A stretch of DNA of 64,000 nt from assembly GCA_051362555.1 (NCBI GenBank), contig CM120642.1, positions 9,982,001-10,046,000 on the forward strand. The letters run 5' to 3'. The notes beneath the pieces are model-generated. The model was not told the origin of the DNA, made no database searches, and saw only the letters and a program-made list of their open reading frames with translations. The position numbers and the translations under genes were made by a program. This document shows positions 50,984 through 61,790 of this stretch, piece after piece. Source of the DNA: Lingula anatina (Eukaryota; Animalia; Brachiopoda). Position 1 is the first letter of the stretch; every line of letters starts with the position of its first letter.

Positions 50984-51205
50984 ATGTTTTCAAAGAGGTG
51001 TGCTTTAGTAATGCTGTGTCTCGTGGTGGTTATGGCAGGGTTGGCATTGTCTAAAAATTATTTGATAGGAGACACAAGTAACATGCCTGAATTCTGCAAG
51101 AAACATCCTGTAGGTACCAGGGTCTGTAATGGTATTGCTGATGAATTGGGCCACTGGACCTGCTGCACATGTGGACCAAATGGTGCATTTGGATGTACAG
51201 GATAA
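50984..51205 (+). CDS. Secreted six-cysteine peptide precursor, copy B (73 aa)
   Basis: Identical to copy A except one synonymous change (TAC/TAT) and one K>R change. TATAAAA at 50927, donor at 51223. Confidence 0.85.
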   Translation: MFSKRCALVMLCLVVVMAGLALSKNYLIGDTSNMPEFCKKHPVGTRVCNGIADELGHWTCCTCGPNGAFGCTG

Positions 51206-54200
51206 CTGAAACCAGTATGCTGGTATGTATCTTTTTCCTGTATTCTGAACAAGAACCATACATGTATCATTTTATAGTTGTATGTACTGCTTGATTACTA
51301 TATTTGATTATTTGTTTCTTTCAGTTTCTTGTCAGCATTATTTATCATCACCTCCTAACAATTTAAAGAAGTGCACTGGTCACGTATGCCCTCCACACAC
51401 TTCAAGGCCACGAGGGCCATGGGGATGATAGATTTTATATCTAACATATCTAACACCCTCAACAAATAAAGTTTTAATAGATAAAGAAACAATGTGACTG
51501 TTATTCCTGTCCAAATTGCATTCCACTTTGTATGAATCGTTTTAGTTAAAAACTTTTTTATCCAACCTCTTGAAATGCATGATGACACCTGCACTTTGGC
51601 TTTTGTTTTTTTTTATATGTTGTCTTTTAGTTTTTTTGCCATTCTCAAATGTTGAATTATCAAATATGCCAGATAAATTAAGTAATGAATTTCTTTTTCC
51701 TTTTTGCAGTGGCGTCTGTGGCTACTTTCTTTTGGCTTGAAGAAAATGAAGAAACATGCTGTAGAACAGTGTGCCACTTGAAGTACATAAAGTGTGAATT
51801 TTGGCTTCAGTCTATTTGACTGATGCAGATAGATTATTCATTCTTAAAATGTGAATTATGCAAAAATAAATGCTAATCACAAACTATTGTGCATTGTTTA
51901 TCTCATTTACTTCAGAATATTAGTAATTAAATATCCATTAAAAATTTAGAAGCGTTTACATGTCTTATGCCAATAAGTGTGTCTAAGGACATCTTTTCAC
52001 TTCAGTTGCTGTTATAAAGGGCTATAAATAGCCTATCACTGAATGAGAAAGGAGAGATTGTCATGATTGATATTTCATGAAAGCAGCTCAGGTATTTTGA
52101 CACCATTATATTTATTAGTGTCCAAGTATTTCATTTAACATGTGCAAATGTTATCCACTTCCATTTTTTTCCCTTTGGCTGCCAAATGAAAAACAAAAAA
52201 CATCTGTTATATATCATCTAAATTATAATTTCAGAGGATTAAAACTTATCATCCAATTTTTCAATGTATTAATTTTTTTGTGTTAGTTCACCATTTTTTG
52301 ACTGACAAACTTAAAAATCCATATTTCTTTCTTAAAGTCTTCACAAAATATGATTTCGGGGTCTTTTATCAAAGAATATTTCATAATCCCAACCGTGTTG
52401 ACACATTACACCTTTGCATCCGGTCTCATACAAAAGAACACAGGAAGTTGTGGTTTTTTAAAAGTTCTGTGTATTTACTTTGGCTATTATGAAATATCGT
52501 ACATGGGTTAACAACTTTGATATTTAGTTAAGCTGTGCCAGTAGATGAACATCTAGTTGAGAAGCTAAGGGTATTGTTAAATAATACATATTAAATTGGG
52601 TATTGTTAAATAATATATATTAATACACATTTAATTATGTCATAACACCACCTGTGAATTCTACTCAAATGTGCCTCAAAATTTTCATGATTTGGACTTC
52701 TGATAATAATAATATTTATTTTAATGTACAAATCAACCACTTTATGAGTGCTTAAAAGCAATAAATGGAAGTGTGCATTTGCAGGTTTTCCAGTCTGCAC
52801 ATTTCAGGACATATTTTCTGTTAAAGAAATCTGAGGTACAAAAAAATAATAAATCAAGACAAAAAAAAAAAAAAAAAAAAAAAAAAACCCTTAGCATCAA
52901 TATGTATTTCTAGTACAGTGCTAGTAGCATTTAACTATTACCATCTGATACACTATCAAATTTTAAAGAGTGGTTAATACCCCATAATTTGTACCAGTAT
53001 ATGGGTTTGATAAATCCTATAACTAAATTCATTCATGTGAATTTCATTATATATGCATCATGACATAGCTCAAATTCTTTCAACTTCCAGTAATATTTTA
53101 TAATTCATTTACTTATATAATGATAGAAATATATTTATTCTACATCTATAAACACATCAATCCTTCTACTTACATAATAATAGTGATATATAATACTTAG
53201 TCATTTAGACAATAATAATGATAATATATTGCTTTATTGAGCAAATGTAATATATTTATATTCTGTATTATACATTTTACAATTCATTTACATATATAAT
53301 AAAAATAATAATAACCAGTATCTTTATTCTTTATACACATTAATCCCTATACTTATATCATAAAAATGGATTAATACTTAGTGGAAATCTGAACGGTCAG
53401 TGGTACAGTGATGAAGTCCTAAGTACAGCTATTGTGCAATTTGTGCATCAGCACCCAACCCTTACTTGCTCCAGCACAACATTAGTTATTAATAAGCATA
53501 AATGAAATCACAAACACATATCTTGAGATCACATAGAGCAATGATTGGTCATAAAGTTTGAACTGGCCATGTAATGAAGTTGTTAATCATTCAAAGCCCA
53601 GTTATATCTACTGGAAATTTAAGGGCCTTAGTCTTCCCAGTATGGTATAAAATGTTTTGTCATTTTAAAAAATTTTGAAAATGTATATAACTAGTGCTTG
53701 ACTACTGGTGTGGTTGATGTACTTATTTGATCTGTATAAATCTCGGGTTCCATTTGTGTTATCCTTTTCCTTCTTTTAGGCTTTGAAGGTTAGAGTGATT
53801 AATATGTCACAAAAAGTCCTTTTCAAAGCTGCTGGTAAACTACTGAAGCTGATGCATGTGTTTTGTGACAAAGCTAAACAGCATGTATGAAAAAATTGTG
53901 AACAAATTTAAGAAATGTTTGAAACTAGGACACCATCATTTACAAATATAATTATCAAAACACACATGCATACTCTATTTTGGACGAGAAATGTAAGGAG
54001 ATTTTCATCTATGCTTATAAATTAAGCTAAATTAATATATTTGCTCTTTTAAAATATATGTATTTTACTGCAAATTAACATTTTCATAATGTGGTTATAA
54101 TTTCTTTGTAAACAAATAAATGATACTTTGTATGTCACAGAAATATATTTGACAACCTAGAGCTTCTCTTTATAACTGTAGGCCTTCTTGCCAATTAAAA

Positions 54201-54298
54201 AATTAGTTACTGTTTTAAATAAATATTATGATGGCATAATGCAGACTTTTCTTTATCTCACATAAGAAGTATTCTTTACTGAAACTGGCTGCAAAGCT

Positions 54299-54331
<33 letters not shown>

Positions 54332-54512
54332 TCTTACCTGGGAATTATATCAGAATATATATCCAATATAATTCCCTGATCTTACAAGAAAAAAAAAAAA
54401 AAAAACAATTTTGAGAAAGTTAACCATAGTGAACCATTGTATTATGAAGATTCCATTGATGTTGTCATCAATTTTTTTTCACTACATGCTAATTTAATTT
54501 AGCAGTATAAAA

Positions 54513-56524
54513 CTAAACTACTCTTTTCTGTTCAGTATTTTCCTTTTGTTCCAGATCTTCTTGTGCCTGTTGAGCCTGCACAAAGTTACTGTCATCTACA
54601 GCTGTGATGCCGAAGTGTAGATCATCATCATCAGGAGTTGTTGGGTCAGCAGCACTTTCATAAGTTACCCCCATACCTCTGCTCTTTGCCGGGAGATTAA
54701 TCTTTAATTGTAAATCTACTCTAGCTTGACATTTTTCTGCAAGATTTCTATTGTAACAACCCTTACTGCTGTTCCGCTTATAATGACGGAGTGAACTGAG
54801 AGGCCCAAGTAATGGCTGTGCCTCGTGTAAAGTTCCTCTTGGCTTCTTTATTTGTTTAAGGTGTGTAATACTATTGTTCTCTTCTCGATTCTGGTTATGT
54901 GAAGTTGTCTCACTTGTAAATTCCCCTCTGTTGTTAGAATAAGAAAGTGTGCCACCAACTGGTTCAGCTGACAGTTGAGATCTAGAAGTATTTTCACCAG
55001 CCCTGGCAATGGCTCCTTGATAGGAATGTGTTAGCCTGTCACCTTCTTCTGGGCCTGTATCACTGCCATAACTCTGAACAGATAAACTAGGTGTTTCTTG
55101 TGAACATTCGCTGGGCCGTGTTTTAGCCCTACAATTGAAATTTCCTGGTCCTCTATTTCTGTAAGATTGTGATATTAAATTTTACTGAATAATAAAGGTG
55201 ATGGTAAAATAAATATTTAAGTATTTATTGTTTTTTTAGGATAAACAATTATTCAAAGGGAAAAAGATTAACACAATTTCAACTGAATATAGGTCTCCTA
55301 ATATTTTTAAAGGCTTTTTATTGGCTCTTTCCTGGATGGAGGTCTGTCCTATTCTTTTTACTTTTTTATAAAGGGCAATGGAGATAATGATCAACAAAAA
55401 TTGTTTTGACGAAGTGTGAACACCTGTACCTGCTTTTTCAAAGGGAAGGTTCTTTTTTCTTTTTTTTTAAGTGAACCTTTTTATCTCATAAGTTTACCTA
55501 ACTTGAGACAACTTCACAGCTAAATCTAGATCAAATTTTGCTCCAGTTTTTTAGCCAATGGGGTGTTTAAAAACCCACCTAAACCCCCCTCCCTGCTCAC
55601 TTTTTTCAAAATGAAAAGAAAGTTGTGGATTTCTGTAACAGTCACGTCATACTTTATTCACTGCTGCATGCTTCAAAACATACATTCAGTATGGTTACAA
55701 TTAAAGTTTACAGAACTACCAGTCAGTGTTACAGCTACATGTATTTCATCTTCATTATTTTAACGATTTAATTTTAATATCATTTGATTACCTTGTGTTT
55801 TGCCCAACACTGTTAACTCTTTCATCATAAGACATCATGCTAGCAGCATTACTTTCTGCGCCTGAAAGAAAAAAAGTGGACTTTATATTTTCACTGAAGA
55901 ACTGATTTCTTAACAGTGATTTTAAAAATGTATTATAATGATACTGTTTACTTGCATTGGCTGGGTATTCCTGAAGACTCCTTTTATTTGATTATTTGCA
56001 TTTTTGCTGCTTTCCATAACTACGTGTAATTATCAAAATAAAGGGTAAATATTCAGAAAATAACTTATGCTTTTGAAATACAAAGAGTTTAATCTTAGGG
56101 AAATACCCGTTTCTCTCCCAGGCAATATGTCCCTTAAATGATCTACAAGGGTTTTTCCTGTGGCCCACCAGATAATGAACATAGCAATGTTCAGGCTTAA
56201 AACCAAGACAATGAAGCCACCAATCATGTGCAAAAAAAACACAGGCATAGGATCTGTGCAATGAAGAAGAAAAATCCACACTTTATTTAGCCATTGAGCA
56301 CAAAACAAAGGAACATCATATTTTTCTTAATTTCATGCACTCAATTAAGTAGTAACTGAACTTAACTAAACTGTGATAAGTTATATGAAGCCATTAAAAC
56401 TCTGATTTTTCAAATGGATTAAGGAAAACGTTGTACAACACCATCAAATTGAAAACAATGTATGGTCATAGGTGCCACATCAACTTTTTCCACGTCTTTC
56501 CTCTAAATCTGTTTTATTGAAATG

Positions 56525-56609
<85 letters not shown>

Positions 56610-59600
56610 AATTTTTACAAATGAATTGAAAATAAATCAAAACATCTTTATTAGATGTTCTTACCTATTCCCCTCTTTTTTTTACCTCCATTCGGAAGGG
56701 TGCTATTCATGGAGGAGTTGGATTTTCCTGTATAATTTGCCACCTCTGGGTTTGGTTCTTGAGTAACAGTGAGATCTATGATAGTACAAAGTTGTGAGAT
56801 TTATACACTAGTCTCAGAATTGTAAAATTTTTTCATATTATTATGCAGAGCAAGTCTCATAAATTGCAGATTGGACATTATTTTTGATATATTTAAAGAA
56901 AACTAGCACATTGCTTTCTTTTTTCTCAGATGCTAAAGTGTTCAAAATTAAGAACTGCCTCTGATTATCAAGTACATTTTAGTGAAACTGGCCCATGATC
57001 TGGAAGACAAATGAAAATCAAAAGACTTTACCAAACTGTCAACATGTGAGGTCTACTTAAAAAGCTTCATGGTTAAATTAAAATATGTTGCTAATAATAT
57101 AATATAATATAATATAATATAATATAATATAATATAATATAATACATGACTTTATATATAACTTTACTAGTGCTGATAAAATTGAAAGCATTACCAATTG
57201 TATATTTCAACGTGGCCACTGTTGTTACACTTTTGAATTCAACCGTTGAAGTTGCAGCATGCTCAGTGCTGTTCTGAATGCTCTGATCCATGCCTTTTGT
57301 ACTGCTATCAGGGTAGCTTGCTCTGATTGTACTGGGCAGTCCTTTTGTAGTGCTCCTGTCTAAGGGCACATTGAAATACAGATTACATACAAGTATGTTC
57401 ATATGGTCTTTTGTACATGGTACACAGTTCTCCTCCAGCTCTTGGCTGTATGTCGTTCTTCGATAATACCTGAAATATATGTGATGGGTAAATATGGCAC
57501 CTAGCTTCCAATTAGATTTCTAAAAGTATATAATAATTTAACCTAAAATACCTAGTATTAATATCATGGCTATAAATATTATAATCTGTATTCAAAGTTA
57601 AAAATTATTTTATACAAATAGTTATATGTGTAATTTATATATAAAATGTGGTTCTTTAATTGATCTACCTGACCCAGAATGCTAGTATAATATGCCAATG
57701 GGTTCAAGGTGATGACTGTGTATTTACCCAGGAATACAGCCCTCTCCACACTTCCTGTTCCTGCTCAGAGTACACTGCTCCTCTACAATGCGATTGTCAT
57801 AGCATCCTTGACATGGCTTACAGAAGAAGTCAAACTTGTCATTGTATGTTCTCCCAAGCTCACACTTTTGGCAGTCTTCTGTACATGGATTCTAGTTAGA
57901 AATGAAGACCAAAAGTAAGTCACTTTTTCTGTATTGCATTGTCTAAGGAGTATCACACAAGAAGCAAAAAGGGGAGAAAGAACTGTATTTTTAATCTACC
58001 TAATATATTTTCAAAACTTTGATCCCTGTTTTTTAACGTTTCTCTACAACGTTTTATGATTACCTTTACCCCCCTGGGCCTGCCATACCCCTTGCGGCAC
58101 TTGCAGGGCCGACAGCAGCCGTCTTTGTCTACTGTGTATAATTCCTCACATGGCTGAGGCTTCCTGTTTCCTCTGCTGCATCTACCCTGGCCCCGCCCCC
58201 TTTCTGTGTTAACAGTCTGAACAACTGCCTTAAAAGCAAAAGGGTGAGACAGGAATAAGCATGATTTTTTAATATGTTTTGCAATAACAAAAATAAGGGT
58301 TCTACATGTTATATGTTATCATTTCATTTTAATTTTGTTTTAATTTTGTTGAATTTGATTTAATTTTAATTTTGTTGAGTTATCAAAGTAGGCAAAAAAC
58401 ATGACTGGAGTTTTTTTTTTTCTGAAAACTATTTAATCCATAAAAAAAGTAAGATGCATTCTTTTTTCTTCATGTTCAACATTGCCTAACCATCAGTTGC
58501 GTTGCTATGGCCAATTACAATTCATCCACATTAGATTAGATTAAACTTAGCAAATCTTAGATGAGACTAATAGTAAATAGAGAAATAATGGCTTTCAAGA
58601 ACTTCTTGTTTATAAACAAGCATACTGAAATCTTTGTAAGATTACAGTAATGTTAACATAAAATTTTAATAATATGTTTGGAGTCTTATGCTTATCTCCA
58701 TTTTACATCTTCACATACAAAATGAAATTTGAAAATTTTGTGCTAGGGTGCTTGGCTATAGATTATTTTAACACAGTTTATGCAGCCCTGTTTTAATTAA
58801 ATTGAATATACACACACTGGGCAATAGAAGTACCACTCCTGAATCAAAGTAATCAAAGTTATAATGCCTGGTCTACTAATAATGTGACTAATGAGTATAA
58901 AACTGCTTCACCATGGAATTGTATTGTTGGTCTTTTTGTGAAATTTGATGTTAATAAAATGATACCAGGAGCATATCATATTCCACGGTCATTTATCTCC
59001 CCCAAAGCATTGGTTCAGTAGGGGTGACACTTCTATTGTCCAGTGTGTGTACTTTTATTTGATAACTTCAAACAAAAATCGTTGGTGTCAAGTTGCCCGG
59101 TTCTCTCCGATCACCGAAGTGATTCAACGTGGATAGGATCCGGGTAGAATAGTGAATAGCTATGTAATATTTACGTTTGTGCACCGCTAGACACCGTCTA
59201 GACACAGTGACCTACATTGACCAGAAGAGTGAACGAGTAAAAGCATACATGTACATATGCCTACAGTGATAAAAATGATAGCAGAAAATTACCACACACT
59301 ATTAATACAGAGTACTTCCGATTTGCAAACAAGATGTTTCCCGAGAACTGTTCGTAGGCCTTTTCTAAATTCTTAGCGATTTCAACATGTTCGTTAGTAA
59401 TGTATAAATGTATATGGTAATATCGATGTTACCGTAATGTTATTAAGATTTGTTGCTTATGTTCCTGTTTGGAATGCTGTACATGATATACATTTTACAA
59501 ATAATTTGACAAGGTTTACGACAGATCCACGAACCACCACCTAACACACCGAAAACTTTTTGACTTCCAACTTATCTTTTTAAGTTCGCCAATCGGGGTA

Positions 59601-59931
59601 GGTCGGCACTTTTCTCAAATTCACTCTTAACAATAATGCTTCACTGACTTAATAAAGAAAATAGCTATAATGAACTGGGGGCGTCTCGATAGTCCGAAGG
59701 TTCATTGGTCCGAAAAGTGGTAACATTTTCATCGATTTTTTAATCAAGGGTTCATTGGTCCGAAGGTTCTATAGTGAACATTCGGACCAATGAACCTTCG
59801 AACTATTGAACCTTCGGACTATCGCTACGGCCCCTAATGAACTAATATATCCAAGCTAACTGTGAAACAAGGTTACTTACAGAAAAAAAGAAAAGGAAAA
59901 TGAAGAAACTTGTCCATTTCGCTGATGCCAT
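54513..59931 (-). CDS. TNF receptor superfamily paralog 4 (EDA2R/TROY-like, no death domain found), ~542 aa
   Basis: Exons: 59931-59881 (signal MASAKWTSFFIFLFFFS), 58228-58064 (CRD1 DGCCRPCKCRKGYG), 57891-57728 (CRD2), 57469-57195 (GYYRRTTYSQELEENCVPCTK + stalk), 56775-56665, 56253-56107 (TM), 55861-55792, 55158-54513 (215-codon terminal exon ending EQKRVV-TAG). Phases compatible. Confidence 0.83.
59678..59834. mobile_element. MITE family 2 in TNFR4 first coding intron
   Basis: ggggcgtctcgatagtccgaagg...ccttcggactatcgctacggcccc, flanked by direct repeat taatgaact. Confidence 0.78.
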
Positions 59932-60019
59932 GACTGCACATTTTTATGTATCAACTGAAAGAAGAAACAAGGCAGCAAAGCTGTCAAATGTACAGACAAA
60001 GAACAGAAAATAAAGATGC

Positions 60020-60404
60020 AAATAAGTGAAAAATTAAATTTTCACTAAAAACTGTTTAATTGCCAGAAAAATTTACCAAACAGACTGCGTTGCCTATTGA
60101 AGCTGTATGTTAGACCCATGTTTCTTTCCTGTAAGTTTGAGAACAGTAAGTGACATGATTTCCCTTAAATGGTCATCATAGGAGCAGTGCCCAAAATAGG
60201 GGTTTCTTCAAATTTTGATGCAACATTACATAATGTTTAACAGCATAATGACAATCAAATGTTATTAATAAAATGTTAGTAACATGGACATTCAGAAAAT
60301 GTGACAAGCAAAAGTCTTCAAGATCATGGAACTTTAAAGTCACACCTTGAAAATGCCAATATGTGAAAAATTAAATTTTCACAAAAAACTGTTTAACTGC
60401 AAAG

Positions 60405-60440
<36 letters not shown>

Positions 60441-60725
60441 AAACAGACTGCATTGCCTACTGAAGCTGTATTTTAGTCCTATGTTTCTATCCTGTAAGTT
60501 TGAAAACAGTAAGTGACATGATTTTCCTTAAATGGTCATCATGGAAGCAGTGCCCAAAATGGGGGTTTCTTCAAATTTTGATGCAATATTACATAATGTT
60601 TAACAGCTTAATGACCATCAATTTTTAATTATAAAATATTTGTATCACAGATATTCAGAAAATGTGACTAGCAAAGGTCTTCAGGCCCATGGAACTTCAA
60701 AGTCACGCCATGATAATGCCAAAAT
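60020..60725. repeat. ~340-360-bp tandem duplication
   Basis: gtgaaaaattaaattttcac at ~60026 and ~60363; cttaaatggtcatcat at ~60164 and ~60527. Confidence 0.88.
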
Positions 60726-61099
60726 ATAAACAAGACAGCACTGTTCTGAAATGGGTTTATTTCCATTTTTAACACTTTTTTAACATAAAACAAAATAAAC
60801 ATTTTACTGCCATTTTTATATGTCCAACTAAGAAAATTGATGAGATGGGAAAAGTATCAATAGAACAGTGTTAAATGTCCAATTTCCTCCATTCTGAGAT
60901 TCTGAACATAGTGGATGATTGATTTATTTCCATTTTTGACACTTTATTACACAATACATGATAACAAGTTTACCATGTTTTTTACATAATCAACTAACAA
61001 TGTTGTAAAGATGCAGGAAATATCAAACAAACACTTTTAGGCATCTTATTAGTTAAATAATGAGACTGTTAACATGCCTAATAATTGAATCTGAGGAAA

Positions 61100-61732
61100 T
61101 GTGAAAAAACAGTATAACTTCTAAAATAATGGCCCGATTATGCTTATTTTCGAACTCAACCTGCGTTTTAGTAAGATTGACCACTCCTGTGAGTATAATT
61201 ACAATTGGCCAATCCGTTTTTCTTATATTGTGTTATCAGTGTTGCATTTATATTGAAAATAATGAAAAAACAGCATAAATTACCTAAAAGTGACCCGATC
61301 ATGCTGATTTTCGAACTTGACCTGTGTATTATGAATATTCATCAGTTCTGTAAGTTTCAAGTCAAAAGGTAAAATGGTTTTCCACTTATCGTGTTATCGG
61401 TGCTGCATATATGCTGAAAAAAGTGAAAAAACAGCATAAATTACCTAAAAGTGACCCGATCATGCTGATTTTCAAAATTGACCTGCGTATTATGAATATT
61501 CATCAGTTCTGTAAGTTTCAAGTCAAAAGGTAAAATGGTTTTCCACTTATCGTGTTATCGGTGCTGCATATATGCTGAAAAAAGTGAAAAAAACAGCATA
61601 AATTCCCTAAAAGTGACCCGATCATGCTGATTTTCGAAATTGACCTGCGTATTATGAATATTCATCAGTTCTGCAAGTTTCAAGTCAAAAGGTAAAATGG
61701 TTTTCCACTTATCGTGTTATCGGTAAAAGTGC

Positions 61733-61763
<31 letters not shown>

Positions 61764-61790
61764 CAGCGACGACGGCGACGACAGACGCAG
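61100..61790. mobile_element. Pearl/HINE-like (non-autonomous Helentron-type) element with internal ~161-bp tandem array and (GACGGC)n tract
   Basis: Unit starts at 61110 (degenerate), 61271, 61432 and 61594, followed directly by a GACGGC/GAC microsatellite at ~61733-61787. The layout resembles the oyster CvA 'pearl' family (from memory). Confidence 0.6.

Larger units (their letters stand above)
46340..52990. repeat. ~4-kb tandem segmental duplication carrying the peptide gene (~46340-48925 vs ~50075-52990)
   Basis: Collinear similarity from upstream of the TATA box to aagagtggttaatacccca at ~48900 and ~52966; CDS offset 4005 bp. Confidence 0.92.

Noticed and set aside
54513-55158. TRAF-binding motifs in receptor tails
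   Set aside because: Only loose matches (SQET, AQED, PEEGD); none fits PxQxT or PxExx(Ar/Ac) well enough to claim.
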